Shown here: positions 49,287 through 58,742 of the stretch, piece by piece | Layout: every line of letters begins with the position of its first letter | Position numbering within the stretch: the stretch's first letter is position 1 | NCBI GenBank assembly: GCA_035531675.1 | Contig: DATKSL010000033.1 | Coordinates: 27,367 to 91,366 of the forward strand | DNA: 64,000 nt | Origin: Candidatus Binataceae bacterium | Lineage (GTDB): Bacteria; Desulfobacterota; Binatia; Binatales; Binataceae | Direction of reading: 5' to 3' | Translations under genes and position numbers: made by a program | Notes under the pieces: model-generated | Told to the model about the DNA's origin: nothing | Databases searched by the model: none | Seen by the model: the letters and a program-made list of their open reading frames with translations, nothing else

Positions 49287-49654
49287 GCGTCGCCACGGGG
49301 GAACCGTGAAGCCGGCGCCACGGTCAGCGATATTTCTGTGGTGAGCCGCACCGTAGCGATCCGATGAATAAAATCGTGATTCCTACGATCGAGCAAATCG
49401 CCTCGATGTCGATCGAACGCTGCCAACATGAACGGATACGGCTGAGAAACGAAATCTCATTCGCGCGCGGTAACACGCTTTGGGGCGGGCCATCGGCGGA
49501 AGAGAAGATTGCCGCGTAAGCGCGGGGTCCCTCCACTTCATTCCTTTTGAGCCAGCAGCCTGCTCTCTTGTTACCACCTTTTTCAGTCTCAGTGCTAAAG
49601 TGGCGAACTTGGTCAGCTAGCGGTGCGCACAGAGCAGAGATAAGGGGTGCCGTG

Positions 49655-50848
49655 ATGGGATCAGCGCAGCAGATCAGGCGCAAGCCCGGCCGTCCCGGGA
49701 AAGAATACGCTCCGTACCTGGAAGCGGCCTGGGGATTCAAGAACCATTGGTACCCGGCGCTGTTCAGCGACGAGCTGCCGGAAGGCTCGCTGCGCGGCGT
49801 TATGATCGCCGGTCACGAGATTGCGCTGCGCCGGGCCAAAGGCAAGGTCTACGCGCTGGCGGATCAATGCGCGCATCGGGGCGTGAAGATTTCCGCCCGT
49901 CAGATGTGTCTCAACGACGAGCATCTGACCTGCTGGTACCACGGCTTCTGTTACGGTCTCGAGGACGGCGTGCTGAAGACCATTGTCGGCTCGCCGAAGG
50001 ATCCGATAATCGGCAAGGTCAGGATTCGCACCTACCCGCTGGAGGAGCGCAGCGGGATCATCTTCGTCTTCGTCGGCGACCCGGATTATCGGCCGCTCCC
50101 GTCGCTCAGTGCGGACCTGCCAATTCCGATCACGGACGATCCGAATCCTACGCCCCATCTGCTCGAAGAGGGGCTCTTCGTGCGCGGCATCCACGCGCTG
50201 GCAAGATCCAACTGGCGGCTGGGAGCGGAGAATGCATTCGATCCCGGTCACGTGCTCATTCACTGGGATAACGCGATCGTCGCCGCGACCGATTCATTCA
50301 TCCCGCTGGGCTTTCACCCGACGTCGCCGGAGGCGGTGAAGATCATCGATCTGCCCGACGGCCCGAAAGGGATAATGAATATGTACAATACCGGCGCTTA
50401 CGAATTAGTCACTGAGAATCTGGTCGCCGGCATAAAGTCGCGCGGCAGCAATCATCATTACCTCCGCACCTCGTTCTATCTGCCGGGATGCCTGCTGGTC
50501 GAGCATTGGCCATTGACCGGGTTGGCAATTTACGGCTGGTACGTTCCGACCGACGATCAGCATCACGAATACTGGGACGTTGTAATCGGCCGCTACAACA
50601 GCGAAGCGGAGCGCAAAAACCTGGATTTCAAGTACGAGAAAATGTTCAAGCCGCTGCACTTCGAGGACTTCTACAGCAATGACATTTTCGCGCGCGAGGC
50701 GATGCAACGCTACTACGCTCGGCAGGACGGGTGGAGCCGTGAACAGCTTTGCGAGCTCGACTCGGGAATCGTTACCTGGCGAAAACTCGCCTCACGCTAT
50801 AACCGCGGTATCCAGGCGCCGCCCGATTGGGCCGCCCCGCGCGACTAG
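49655..50848 (+). CDS. Rieske [2Fe-2S] domain oxygenase
   Basis: CAHRGVKIS...CWYHGF; AAGGGGTG RBS before the ATG at 49655. Confidence 0.8.
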   Translation: MGSAQQIRRKPGRPGKEYAPYLEAAWGFKNHWYPALFSDELPEGSLRGVMIAGHEIALRRAKGKVYALADQCAHRGVKISARQMCLNDEHLTCWYHGFCYGLEDGVLKTIVGSPKDPIIGKVRIRTYPLEERSGIIFVFVGDPDYRPLPSLSADLPIPITDDPNPTPHLLEEGLFVRGIHALARSNWRLGAENAFDPGHVLIHWDNAIVAATDSFIPLGFHPTSPEAVKIIDLPDGPKGIMNMYNTGAYELVTENLVAGIKSRGSNHHYLRTSFYLPGCLLVEHWPLTGLAIYGWYVPTDDQHHEYWDVVIGRYNSEAERKNLDFKYEKMFKPLHFEDFYSNDIFAREAMQRYYARQDGWSREQLCELDSGIVTWRKLASRYNRGIQAPPDWAAPRD

Positions 50849-50886
50849 ACGAGATGTCCTTGCCAGGCGGGCGGGGCGGTAAAGCA

Positions 50887-52230
50887 ATGGCCGGCACCAC
50901 CAGGCAGATTCCGTTCACGGCGGACCAGGAGCGATGGTACGCAGCCGCGTGGGAGCGCTTCAACCTCGATCGTCTCAAGACGCTGCTCATCGAGCTGGTC
51001 AATATTCACAGCCCGACCGGTGCCGAGCGCGAGGCGGCCGAGTTCCTGGCGAGCTATCTCAAGGCCCACCTTGGCGGGCGCGCGGTCTATCAGCCGGTCA
51101 GCGATCTTACCGGCAACTGTTTCGGCGAGGTTCGCGGCGCCACAGGCGCGACGGGAGCGCGACTGATGCTTTATGCGCCGCTCGATACTCATCTCGACGC
51201 CGATCCGGAAACCGACGTGCCGTGGGTAGGTTCCGCGTTGCGCCCCGATATGGTGCCCCGGGCATCCGTCGAGGGGGATTTCATCATCGGCCTCGGCGCT
51301 TCCAATCCGAAGAGCATGGTGGCGACGCTGACCGAAGTGGCGACCGCGCTCTACGAAAGCGGCATCCCGCTCATCGGCGCATTGCAGCCGGCCTTCGCCG
51401 GCGGAGGAATGTCGGTAAATTCGCCGCGCCGGCGGCATTACGGGTTAGGCGATGGCGTGTATCATCTGATCTCGCGCGGCGTCGGCCCGGATTTCGCAAT
51501 CATCATGAAGCCAATCTGGGCGGTCTACTCAGAAGAGCCCGGGCTCTGCTGGTTTCGAATATCGGTCCGCGGCACACTGGCCTACGCCGGCTCGCCGCGC
51601 ACAGTGGTGGGCGATCGCAGCTCGATTCTTCCCGCCGCCGTTCTGATCCCCGAGATCGATCAGTGGATACGTGAATACACCGCCCGCAATGCCGCGAATA
51701 CGCTTTCGCCGGAAGGAAAGATTACTGCGCTGCGGGCCGGTTGGCCCGATCGCTTCGCTTACTCATCGGCGACTACCGAGATTTACGTCGACGTTCGCTG
51801 TACGCCCGCGATGACGCTGGGCGAGGTGAACGCACAGTTCTCGGCCGGGATGGAGACGATTCGCCGGCGCCATCCGGAGGTCGAGTTCGATTGGGAGATG
51901 ATTGCGGCGCTGCCCGGCGGCGCGACCGACCCGGACAACTGGATAATCCAATCCTGCCGCAGAGGCTGGGAATGCGTCGAAGCGCGACCGCATGGCGATC
52001 CGCCGCGGATGGGTGGCAGAACAGACGGCTCGCTAATTCGCCGACTTGGCATCCCGACCGCGCGTATCGGCTTCCCGTGGCCCGCTGCAAACACGCCGGA
52101 GCCGTATACGCAGGGCATGGGCGGGATGGGCGTCGCCTGCCTTCCCGACCTGGTCACATGCGCAAAGGCGATTATGTACGCGGTTATCGACACACTTAGC
52201 AGAACGCGCACGGAACTCGGACTTCGGTGA
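50887..52230 (+). CDS. M20 family metallopeptidase / amidohydrolase (ArgE/DapE/CPG2-like)
   Basis: LIELVNIHSPTGAEREAAEFL N-terminal motif and metal-binding regions. Confidence 0.6.
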   Translation: MAGTTRQIPFTADQERWYAAAWERFNLDRLKTLLIELVNIHSPTGAEREAAEFLASYLKAHLGGRAVYQPVSDLTGNCFGEVRGATGATGARLMLYAPLDTHLDADPETDVPWVGSALRPDMVPRASVEGDFIIGLGASNPKSMVATLTEVATALYESGIPLIGALQPAFAGGGMSVNSPRRRHYGLGDGVYHLISRGVGPDFAIIMKPIWAVYSEEPGLCWFRISVRGTLAYAGSPRTVVGDRSSILPAAVLIPEIDQWIREYTARNAANTLSPEGKITALRAGWPDRFAYSSATTEIYVDVRCTPAMTLGEVNAQFSAGMETIRRRHPEVEFDWEMIAALPGGATDPDNWIIQSCRRGWECVEARPHGDPPRMGGRTDGSLIRRLGIPTARIGFPWPAANTPEPYTQGMGGMGVACLPDLVTCAKAIMYAVIDTLSRTRTELGLR

Positions 52231-52335
52231 CGCTCATCGGCGAAGTGCACTTGGCGAGTGACTATATAGATCAACATCGTGTAACGGATAACGGAGTTCT
52301 TATAACTAGCCTGTCAATTGTAATGGGAGACGATA

Positions 52336-52956
52336 ATGGTGCGGTTTGACATCGACGCATCGCGGATGGCGCTGCTGGTGCACGATATGCAGAACGCCTT
52401 CGTCGGCCATATTCCAGCGTTCCCCGCGCAATGTCGTTCGATCATCCCCAACCTGCAGCGGCTGATCGCCGCCTTTCGGGCCACGGCGCGGCCGGTGATC
52501 TACAGTCAGGTCACCATGCGGCGCGACTTTCTCGACTGGCGCCTGGTCACCGCGGTTTTCCCGCGCGAGGCGCTCGACGAGCTGGCCGAAGGCAGCCCCG
52601 GTATCGGGATCTGCCCTGAGCTGGCGCCCGCGGCGGGTGATATCGTGATTCGGAAAAGCGCCTACAGCCCGTTTCAAAACACCAGCCTCGAGAACCTGCT
52701 GCGCGGCTTCGACGTGGACGGGCTGGTGGTGGCGGGCGTGACCACCAACGTCGGCTGCGATTCGACCATCCGCGACGCGTTCTACCGCGGCATCAAGACC
52801 CTGCTGGTCACCGACGCCAGCGGCACCGACGGTATCGATGAGACGCCGTGGGGTCCGATCTCGGCCGAGCAGATGCATCGAGCGACCTGCGCCACGCTCG
52901 GTCAATATTTCACCGAACTCGTTACCACCGAGCAGGTGCTCGCCAGGTTGCGGTAA
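52336..52956 (+). CDS. Isochorismatase-family cysteine hydrolase
   Basis: ALLVHDMQNAF...VAGVTTNVGCDSTIRDA (catalytic Cys). Confidence 0.75.
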   Translation: MVRFDIDASRMALLVHDMQNAFVGHIPAFPAQCRSIIPNLQRLIAAFRATARPVIYSQVTMRRDFLDWRLVTAVFPREALDELAEGSPGIGICPELAPAAGDIVIRKSAYSPFQNTSLENLLRGFDVDGLVVAGVTTNVGCDSTIRDAFYRGIKTLLVTDASGTDGIDETPWGPISAEQMHRATCATLGQYFTELVTTEQVLARLR

Positions 52957-52996
52957 GGCGCAGGCGGACGTTGGCGCAGAGAGGAGAGCAGGACGA

Positions 52997-53395
52997 ATGA
53001 ATTCGGATGAGCGGAAGGCGGCGGCGATCAGGTTTTTCGAAAATCTCAATCATCCCGATCCGGCGGTGTTCGAGGATCTAATCGCGGAAGATTTCAAGTT
53101 CGAAATCGTCTCCGGGCTGACCGAGTTTCCGCCGATTCATGGACGGCGGAATTTTGCGGCAACCGAATGTGCGACCCTGAAGCGGCTGTTTCCGTCCGGA
53201 CTCAAGCTCAAGATAGAAAGGGTGATTTGCGACGGACCGCACGTGGCGGTGCTTGCCGAAGCCGACACCGTCGCCGCGAATGGCAGGAAGTATCATCAGC
53301 GCTACAACTTCTACCTGCGTTTCGAGGGCGATCAAATCGTGGAGGGTCGCGAGTACAACGATACCAACCTGGTACGCGAAGTCTTTCTCAGCTAG
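52997..53395 (+). CDS. NTF2-like/SnoaL-like (ketosteroid isomerase-like) protein
   Basis: 132 aa; GAGGAGAG RBS before the ATG at 52997; alpha+beta cone fold pattern. Confidence 0.5.
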   Translation: MNSDERKAAAIRFFENLNHPDPAVFEDLIAEDFKFEIVSGLTEFPPIHGRRNFAATECATLKRLFPSGLKLKIERVICDGPHVAVLAEADTVAANGRKYHQRYNFYLRFEGDQIVEGREYNDTNLVREVFLS

Positions 53396-53592
53396 CCCAC
53401 CTTCGCAAAGCGAGGCGGACGACTCGATCGATCGGGCCGCCCGCCGTTACCTCGACGAACGGTTTCCGGCACGGTCACATCCGTGCAGCGCACCAGCCCG
53501 GGTTGAAAGTCACGCGCCGATTCCAGGCCGTTGCTGGAGATCGCCGCAGCCTGAGACATCCCCGGCGAAGAAAAGGCAAACATCGATTTTCT

Positions 53593-53619
53593 GTAAACGA
53601 AAGGCCGCGTGGCTACGTC
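53593..53619 (+). promoter_or_regulatory. ECF-type promoter motif GTAAAC-N17-CGTC upstream of the G/Y-rich secreted protein gene
   Basis: Same -35/-10 architecture (AAC...CGT) and spacing as the motif upstream of the ECF sigma gene at 54394..54420. Confidence 0.45.
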
Positions 53620-53685
53620 GAAAGGGCAACAACCGAACGGAACTTAGGGTTGTGCGACTTTCGCAGCATAAAGGAGATTTGCATC

Positions 53686-54183
53686 ATGAGGTCAAAGATA
53701 ACCGCGGCGCTCGCTTTCGCGGGATTGCTGATGGTCGCGATTCCGCTCACCGCCTCGGCCAATGATCAGGCGACCTGCACGCACACGCCGGGCTGGGGAT
53801 ACGCCAAGCCGAAGATGTACCGCAACTGGCGGCAACTGCACTGCGGCGGCAGGTACGGCTACAACCGGAATTCCTTGCAGAATTACCTCGGGGGCGGATT
53901 GTTGCCGTTCGCACCCGCGTATAACCAGGCGGCTCCCGGCTACGGCTACGGCAACGGCTACGGCTACGGCCACGGCCAGTATGCACCGGCCTATAACCAG
54001 TACGGGCCCTACGCCAATCGCGACGACGATGACGACAATGGTGGCGGCAATGGATGGGGTGCGCAGCGCGGAGGCAACTGGAATGGCGGCGGATGGTACA
54101 ACCATCCGGGGCACTTTCATGGCGGCAACTACCGGCATGGACGCCATTCCGGTCGCGGCGGCTGGCATCACGACGACCGCTAA
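53686..54183 (+). CDS. Secreted low-complexity Gly/Tyr/Asn/Asp/His-rich protein
   Basis: AAGGAG RBS and signal peptide (MRSKITAALAFAGLLMVAIPLTASA), then GYGYGNGYGYGHGQY...DDDDDNGGGNGWG...HGGNYRHGRHSGRGGWHHDDR. Confidence 0.6.
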   Translation: MRSKITAALAFAGLLMVAIPLTASANDQATCTHTPGWGYAKPKMYRNWRQLHCGGRYGYNRNSLQNYLGGGLLPFAPAYNQAAPGYGYGNGYGYGHGQYAPAYNQYGPYANRDDDDDNGGGNGWGAQRGGNWNGGGWYNHPGHFHGGNYRHGRHSGRGGWHHDDR

Positions 54184-54222
54184 AGCAGTCGACTAAGCGG
54201 CGCGCGTAATCAGGCGCTTATT

Positions 54223-54261
54223 GCAACCCGGATGCGTACCATCGGTACGCGTCCGGGTTGC
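54223..54261 (+). terminator. Long hairpin (18-bp stem, 1 mismatch) after the G/Y-rich protein gene, probable terminator
   Basis: gcaacccggatgcgtacc atc ggtacgcgtccgggttgc followed by tcgctggttcttcgg. Confidence 0.4.
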
Positions 54262-54393
54262 TCGCTGGTTCTTCGGATACGACGAATATCCGCGCTTTCC
54301 AACAGTCGGTACAATACGGCGCGCTTGCCGTCGCCGATTCGCCCGAGCGCAGCGGCACCTGACTCTGATTCTGCCGCCGATATCCGCGGCCAT

Positions 54394-54420
54394 GTAAACG
54401 ATTTATGCTCGGGTTTCGTC
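54394..54420 (+). promoter_or_regulatory. ECF-type promoter motif GTAAAC-N17-CGTC upstream of the ECF sigma factor gene (autoregulatory candidate)
   Basis: gtaaac gatttatgctcgggttt cgtc, about 63 nt before the 54483 start. Confidence 0.45.
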
Positions 54421-54482
54421 CAAAGCGTTGTGGAGCTAACATGCCCAAAACGGCCGGAAGCCAGTCGGCGATGCCCGCGTGA

Positions 54483-55100
54483 GTGCCGGGCGATGGCGCT
54501 CCCGGACCGAATACGCCGGGTGGATCATTTCAGGTGGGGCCTTCCGATGAGGATCTGTGCGCAAGAATTGCCGAGCGCGATGCCCAGGCGTTCGATCTCA
54601 TCGTCGAACGGCACCAGGCGCGGACCTACCGGCTGGCCTGCTCGATACTCGGGAATGAAGCCGATGCCCGGGATGTCTCGCAGGACGCCTTCATCCGGCT
54701 CTACGAGGCGGCGCACAGTTTCGACCGCCGGGCGCGCTTTTCGACCTGGTTTTATCGGATTCTGGTCAACCTTTGCATCGACCATCAGCGGCGCAATCGA
54801 TGGTGGCGAAAGGTCGTGCCGCTCGCGACGCCTGACGATGACCCCGATGCGATCCAGCTCGATCCGCCGTCGACCGAGCCCGGGCCGCTCGATGAGGCGC
54901 TGCGGCGGCAATCCGTCGAGCAGCTCAACCGGGCCCTGGGCGGGCTCTCGGCGCATCAGCGAACGGCGGTGTTATTACAGGCACAACAGGGTTTTACAAG
55001 TAAGGAGATCGCGGCCGTGCTCAATTGTTCGGAGAGCACCGCACGCGTCCATTTGCATCGCGCGATTACGCATCTGCGCAAGGTGATGAAGGACGAATGA
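54483..55100 (+). CDS. RNA polymerase sigma-70 factor, ECF subfamily
   Basis: Region 2 (ARDVSQDAFIRLYE, FSTWFYRILVNLCIDHQRR) and region 4 (ESTARVHLHRAITHLRK). Confidence 0.85.
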   Translation: MPGDGAPGPNTPGGSFQVGPSDEDLCARIAERDAQAFDLIVERHQARTYRLACSILGNEADARDVSQDAFIRLYEAAHSFDRRARFSTWFYRILVNLCIDHQRRNRWWRKVVPLATPDDDPDAIQLDPPSTEPGPLDEALRRQSVEQLNRALGGLSAHQRTAVLLQAQQGFTSKEIAAVLNCSESTARVHLHRAITHLRKVMKDE

Positions 55101-55103
55101 CCG

Positions 55104-55619
55104 ATGTGGCGCGCGCATCCTGATACCGCTTTGATCCCGTACCTCCACGGCGAGCTCGCCGCCGAGGAGGGCGTCGCCCTGCGGGCGCATCTGGAGGGCT
55201 GCGCGCGATGCCGCGAGGATCTGGCGGCGGCCGAATCGGTGATCCGGGAGGTCGCGCATCGCGTCGAGCAGATTCCCGAACCGGACTGGACGGTTTATCA
55301 GTATCAGTTACGGCGCAAGCTCAATGCCCGGCGCGGCGAGCAGGTCCGCCGATGGCGCCCGGGGCTGGCCTGGGCATCGCTGGCGGCCGCTGCCGTCGCC
55401 ACCAGCGCTATCGTCCTGGCGTTCGCCCTTTCGCCGGGACCGCGCCCGCCGGCGGTCGATCAGCTTGAGGTCGAGGGGGCCCTGGCCGACGCCGACATCG
55501 GCTTGCTGCGCGACTATCCGGTCGTCGCGCATCTCGATTTGCTGGAAAACTACGACGTGATTGAGAATCTCGATCAACTCACGCCGCCGAGCCGCCCGCA
55601 TGCAGTTTCCGGGTCGTAG
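55104..55619 (+). CDS. Anti-sigma factor (zf-HC2 zinc-finger, single TM)
   Basis: HLEGCARCRE HxxxCxxC motif, TM helix (AWASLAAAAVATSAIVLAFAL); 4 nt after the sigma gene. Confidence 0.75.
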   Translation: MWRAHPDTALIPYLHGELAAEEGVALRAHLEGCARCREDLAAAESVIREVAHRVEQIPEPDWTVYQYQLRRKLNARRGEQVRRWRPGLAWASLAAAAVATSAIVLAFALSPGPRPPAVDQLEVEGALADADIGLLRDYPVVAHLDLLENYDVIENLDQLTPPSRPHAVSGS

Positions 55620-55992
55620 CATCATCGCGGGTACCATCGTGCTGGCCGCGCTGACTTTCACAGGCATCCGGCGGGTGCAGGCGCAAGGCCAGCAGCCGGA
55701 CCTGAACATGCTGCTGAACCTCGACCTCTTCTCCTCGTCCGCCGATGCCGACCAGGCCCAGCCTCCGGCGCCGGGCGGCTCGATGCTCGACCAAATTCAG
55801 GCGCTCCGGCAGATGGGCTATCTGCATGGCAATGGTGAGGACGCGCCGCCGCCGCCGCCACCGGGCTACAGCGGCGAGGGGCCGCCTTATCCGCTCAGCG
55901 GCGAGGCCGGTCCCTTTCCGCCGCTCAATAACGCACCGGATGTTAATACGCTGATGCCGTGGCTTTACGACTTCCTCGGGGGCGGCCGATGA
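55600..55992 (+). CDS. Secreted proline-rich protein, hypothetical
   Basis: Signal peptide ending AQA, poly-Pro tract; overlaps the anti-sigma stop. Confidence 0.45.
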   Translation: MQFPGRSIIAGTIVLAALTFTGIRRVQAQGQQPDLNMLLNLDLFSSSADADQAQPPAPGGSMLDQIQALRQMGYLHGNGEDAPPPPPPGYSGEGPPYPLSGEAGPFPPLNNAPDVNTLMPWLYDFLGGGR

Positions 55993-56522
55993 TCCGCGTA
56001 TCGCGATGGGGGGCAACGGCGCTGGTCGTCGCCACGCTGCTAGTCGGCGCGATTGCGTCTCCGGCGCGAGCCCAGCAGCCGATGAATGGCGCCGAGCGGG
56101 CGCTAATCGCACAGCATCGCGATCAATGGGCGCGGTTGACCCCGGACCAGCGCCAACGGGTGCTCGATAATTATCGTCTATGGCAGCGGATGACGCCGGC
56201 CGCGCGCCATACTGCGCAGCAGAATTATCAGCAGTTTCGCCGCCTCCCCCCGGGCGAGCGCGAGCAGGTGCTGCAGGGGCTGCATCGATGGCGCGCGCTG
56301 CCGCCCGCCGAGCGTCAGAATCTGCGCCAGGCCTACGGGCGCTTCAACCGTCTACCGCCGGCGCGCCGCCAGTGGATGGTCCAGCGCTACCAGCATTTCC
56401 AGCATCTGCCCCCCGCCCAGCGCCAGCATGTGCTCGAGAACTATCGCCGCTGGCGCCACATGTCTCAGCAGCAGCGCGAAGAGCTGCGCAGGCGCTTCGG
56501 AAAAAGGCATCACCAGCACTAG
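55989..56522 (+). CDS. DUF3106-like periplasmic repeat protein
   Basis: Signal peptide, then five repeats of W/Y-R-xL-PPaeRqxvlq. Confidence 0.5.
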   Translation: MIRVSRWGATALVVATLLVGAIASPARAQQPMNGAERALIAQHRDQWARLTPDQRQRVLDNYRLWQRMTPAARHTAQQNYQQFRRLPPGEREQVLQGLHRWRALPPAERQNLRQAYGRFNRLPPARRQWMVQRYQHFQHLPPAQRQHVLENYRRWRHMSQQQREELRRRFGKRHHQH

Positions 56523-56638
56523 CCGTCGCGTCCGGCCCGTCGTCAGCCGGCGCGCGCGCCCTTTCTTATTTCCGCGCGACGCTTGTATGATCCTCTCGCG
56601 CTGGATCCCGGGGTCGGATCACGCAAAGGAAATCCGCG

Positions 56639-58327
56639 ATGGCCTACGACCTGTTGATTCGCAATGCGAAAATCTGCGACGGCTCGGGCGCGCCGCTTTA
56701 CGACGGAGCGGTCGCAACCGCGGGCGGCAAGATCGTCGCGGCCGGTAAAATCGACGGCCGCGCGCGGCGTGAGATCGACGCCCAGGGCAGGATCGTCGCG
56801 CCCGGATTTATCGATATCCATACCCATTACGACGCCCAGATTTCGTGGGATCCGCTGCTGACCAGTTCGTGCTGGCACGGCATCACGACTGTGCTGATGG
56901 GCAATTGCGGGGTCGGCGTCGCGCCGTGCAAGCCGGAGGCGCGCGGGATGCTGGCGTGGGACCTGGTGAACGTCGAGGCGATGCCCTACGACGTGCTGCT
57001 CGGCGGCGTGTCGTGGGAGTGGGAGACGTTTCCCGAATATATGGCGGCGGTGACCGGCAAGGGCGTCGGTCTGAACGTCGGTTTCCTGGTGCCGCTTTCG
57101 GCGCTGCGCACCTACGTGATGGGCGAGCAGGCCAGCGAGCGGGCCGCGTCGGGCGACGAGATCGGACGGATGTGCGCGCTGCTGCGCGAGGCGATGGTCG
57201 CGGGCGCCTACGGTTTTTCGCTGAGCCTGTTCGAGCTGCATAACGGTTACCAGGGCCGGCCGCTGGCGAGCCGCCTGGCCAGTCTCGAAGAGCTGACCGC
57301 GCTCAGCCGCGTGATGCGCGAGCTCGACCAGGGCATCATCGAGGTCAACGTGCCGCGCACCGGCGGCGTGATGCTGACGGACGAGGCCTTCGACCTGCTG
57401 GTGATGCTCGCGCGCGAGAGCCGGCGGCCGGTGACGTGGCTCGCGCTGCTCGATTTCCCCGGCATGCCGGCCGAGATTCATCAGCAGGTGATGGCGCGCT
57501 TCGCGCCGTTTCTTCAGAGCGGCCTCAAGATTATGCCGCAGACCACGCCGCGTCCGCTGAAGGTCTTCACCACGCTGCGCGATCCGTTCGTGTTCGGCAG
57601 CTTCCGATGCTGGCGGGGGGCCTTCAATCGCAGCGTCGCAGAGCAGATGGCGCTGTACCGATCGCCGTCGTTTCGCGACGAATTCCGCGCCGATCTCAAA
57701 CAAGGCGGCGGCGCAGCGTTTCGCGGCCACTGGGATACGGTCGAGATCGCGGGCGTGGCGCATGCGGAAAATCGCCCGCTGATCGGCCGCACCGTCGAGC
57801 AAATCGCCGCCGCACGGGCGCAGGATCCGATCGACGCCTTGCTCGATCTCGCCGTCAGCGAGGAGCTCGCCACCGGCTTCACGGTCTCGGTCGCGAACGT
57901 CGACCCGGCGCGTGTCCAGACCCTGGTGACGATGCCGAACGTGCTGCTCGGACTCTCCGACGGCGGCGCGCACGTCAACCAGTTCTGCGACGCCGGGCTG
58001 CCCAGCTACGTGCTGCATGAATGGGTGCGAAAGCGCGGCGTGATGACGATCGAGCAGGCGGTGCGACGGCTCACCTCCGAGCCGGCCGACTTCATGGGAT
58101 TGCGCAACAAGGGTCGCATCGCCGCGGGCCTCGACGCCGACCTGGTGCTGTTCGATCCCGACGCGATTCGCCCCTGCGTCACCGAGCAGCTCGACGATCT
58201 GCCGGGCGGCAAGCCGCGGCTAATCGAACGTGCCGAGGGTATCGCGCTGAGCGTCGTCAATGGCGAAATTCTGTTCGAAAACAACGTCTACCAGGGCGGC
58301 CTTCCCGGGCGACTGGTGAAGTCCTGA
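56639..58327 (+). CDS. N-acyl-D-amino-acid deacylase (D-aminoacylase) family amidohydrolase
   Basis: APGFIDIHTHYD metal-binding motif, GITTV; 562 aa. Confidence 0.8.
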   Translation: MAYDLLIRNAKICDGSGAPLYDGAVATAGGKIVAAGKIDGRARREIDAQGRIVAPGFIDIHTHYDAQISWDPLLTSSCWHGITTVLMGNCGVGVAPCKPEARGMLAWDLVNVEAMPYDVLLGGVSWEWETFPEYMAAVTGKGVGLNVGFLVPLSALRTYVMGEQASERAASGDEIGRMCALLREAMVAGAYGFSLSLFELHNGYQGRPLASRLASLEELTALSRVMRELDQGIIEVNVPRTGGVMLTDEAFDLLVMLARESRRPVTWLALLDFPGMPAEIHQQVMARFAPFLQSGLKIMPQTTPRPLKVFTTLRDPFVFGSFRCWRGAFNRSVAEQMALYRSPSFRDEFRADLKQGGGAAFRGHWDTVEIAGVAHAENRPLIGRTVEQIAAARAQDPIDALLDLAVSEELATGFTVSVANVDPARVQTLVTMPNVLLGLSDGGAHVNQFCDAGLPSYVLHEWVRKRGVMTIEQAVRRLTSEPADFMGLRNKGRIAAGLDADLVLFDPDAIRPCVTEQLDDLPGGKPRLIERAEGIALSVVNGEILFENNVYQGGLPGRLVKS

Positions 58328-58366
58328 AGAATCAACCGACCGTCGAATTATAGCGAGGTGATATCG

Positions 58367-58720
58367 ATGCGACTTTTTCGTCTCTACAGCGGCCAGGATG
58401 GGCAATCGCATATCGAGGAGATCGCGCTGCCGTTCGCGGCGGCGGACGAGCATGCCGAGCGCACGCCGATGCAGCCGGCCACCGGCGTGATGTTCAGCCG
58501 GATGGCGCCGGGGAGCTTCATGGATTGGCATAACGCGCCGCGCCGCCAATACGTGATTACGCTCTCGGGTGCGGTTGAGATCGGTCTGGGCGACGGCTCC
58601 GTGCATCGCATCGAAGCCGGCAACGGCATCCTGGCTGAAGATTTGACGGGTAAGGGCCATACCACGCGCGCGGTGGGTAACCAGCCGCGAGTCTCGGTCG
58701 CGATTCCGATCAAGGATTAG
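58367..58720 (+). CDS. Cupin domain protein
   Basis: About 117 aa; WHNAPRRQYVITLSG...G...HR cupin motifs. Confidence 0.55.
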   Translation: MRLFRLYSGQDGQSHIEEIALPFAAADEHAERTPMQPATGVMFSRMAPGSFMDWHNAPRRQYVITLSGAVEIGLGDGSVHRIEAGNGILAEDLTGKGHTTRAVGNQPRVSVAIPIKD

Positions 58721-58742
58721 CGCGCGCCGGAGGTCATCGACC

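Noticed and set aside
53900-54010. Tandem ggctacggc repeats considered as a possible CRISPR/microsatellite
   Set aside because: They are in-frame codons for the GYGYG low-complexity region of a secreted protein. No spacer-repeat architecture anywhere in the window.
53167-54183. 338-aa track ORF for the G/Y-rich protein
   Set aside because: The N-terminal 170 codons look non-coding. A consensus AAGGAG RBS plus signal peptide at 53686 defines the real start.
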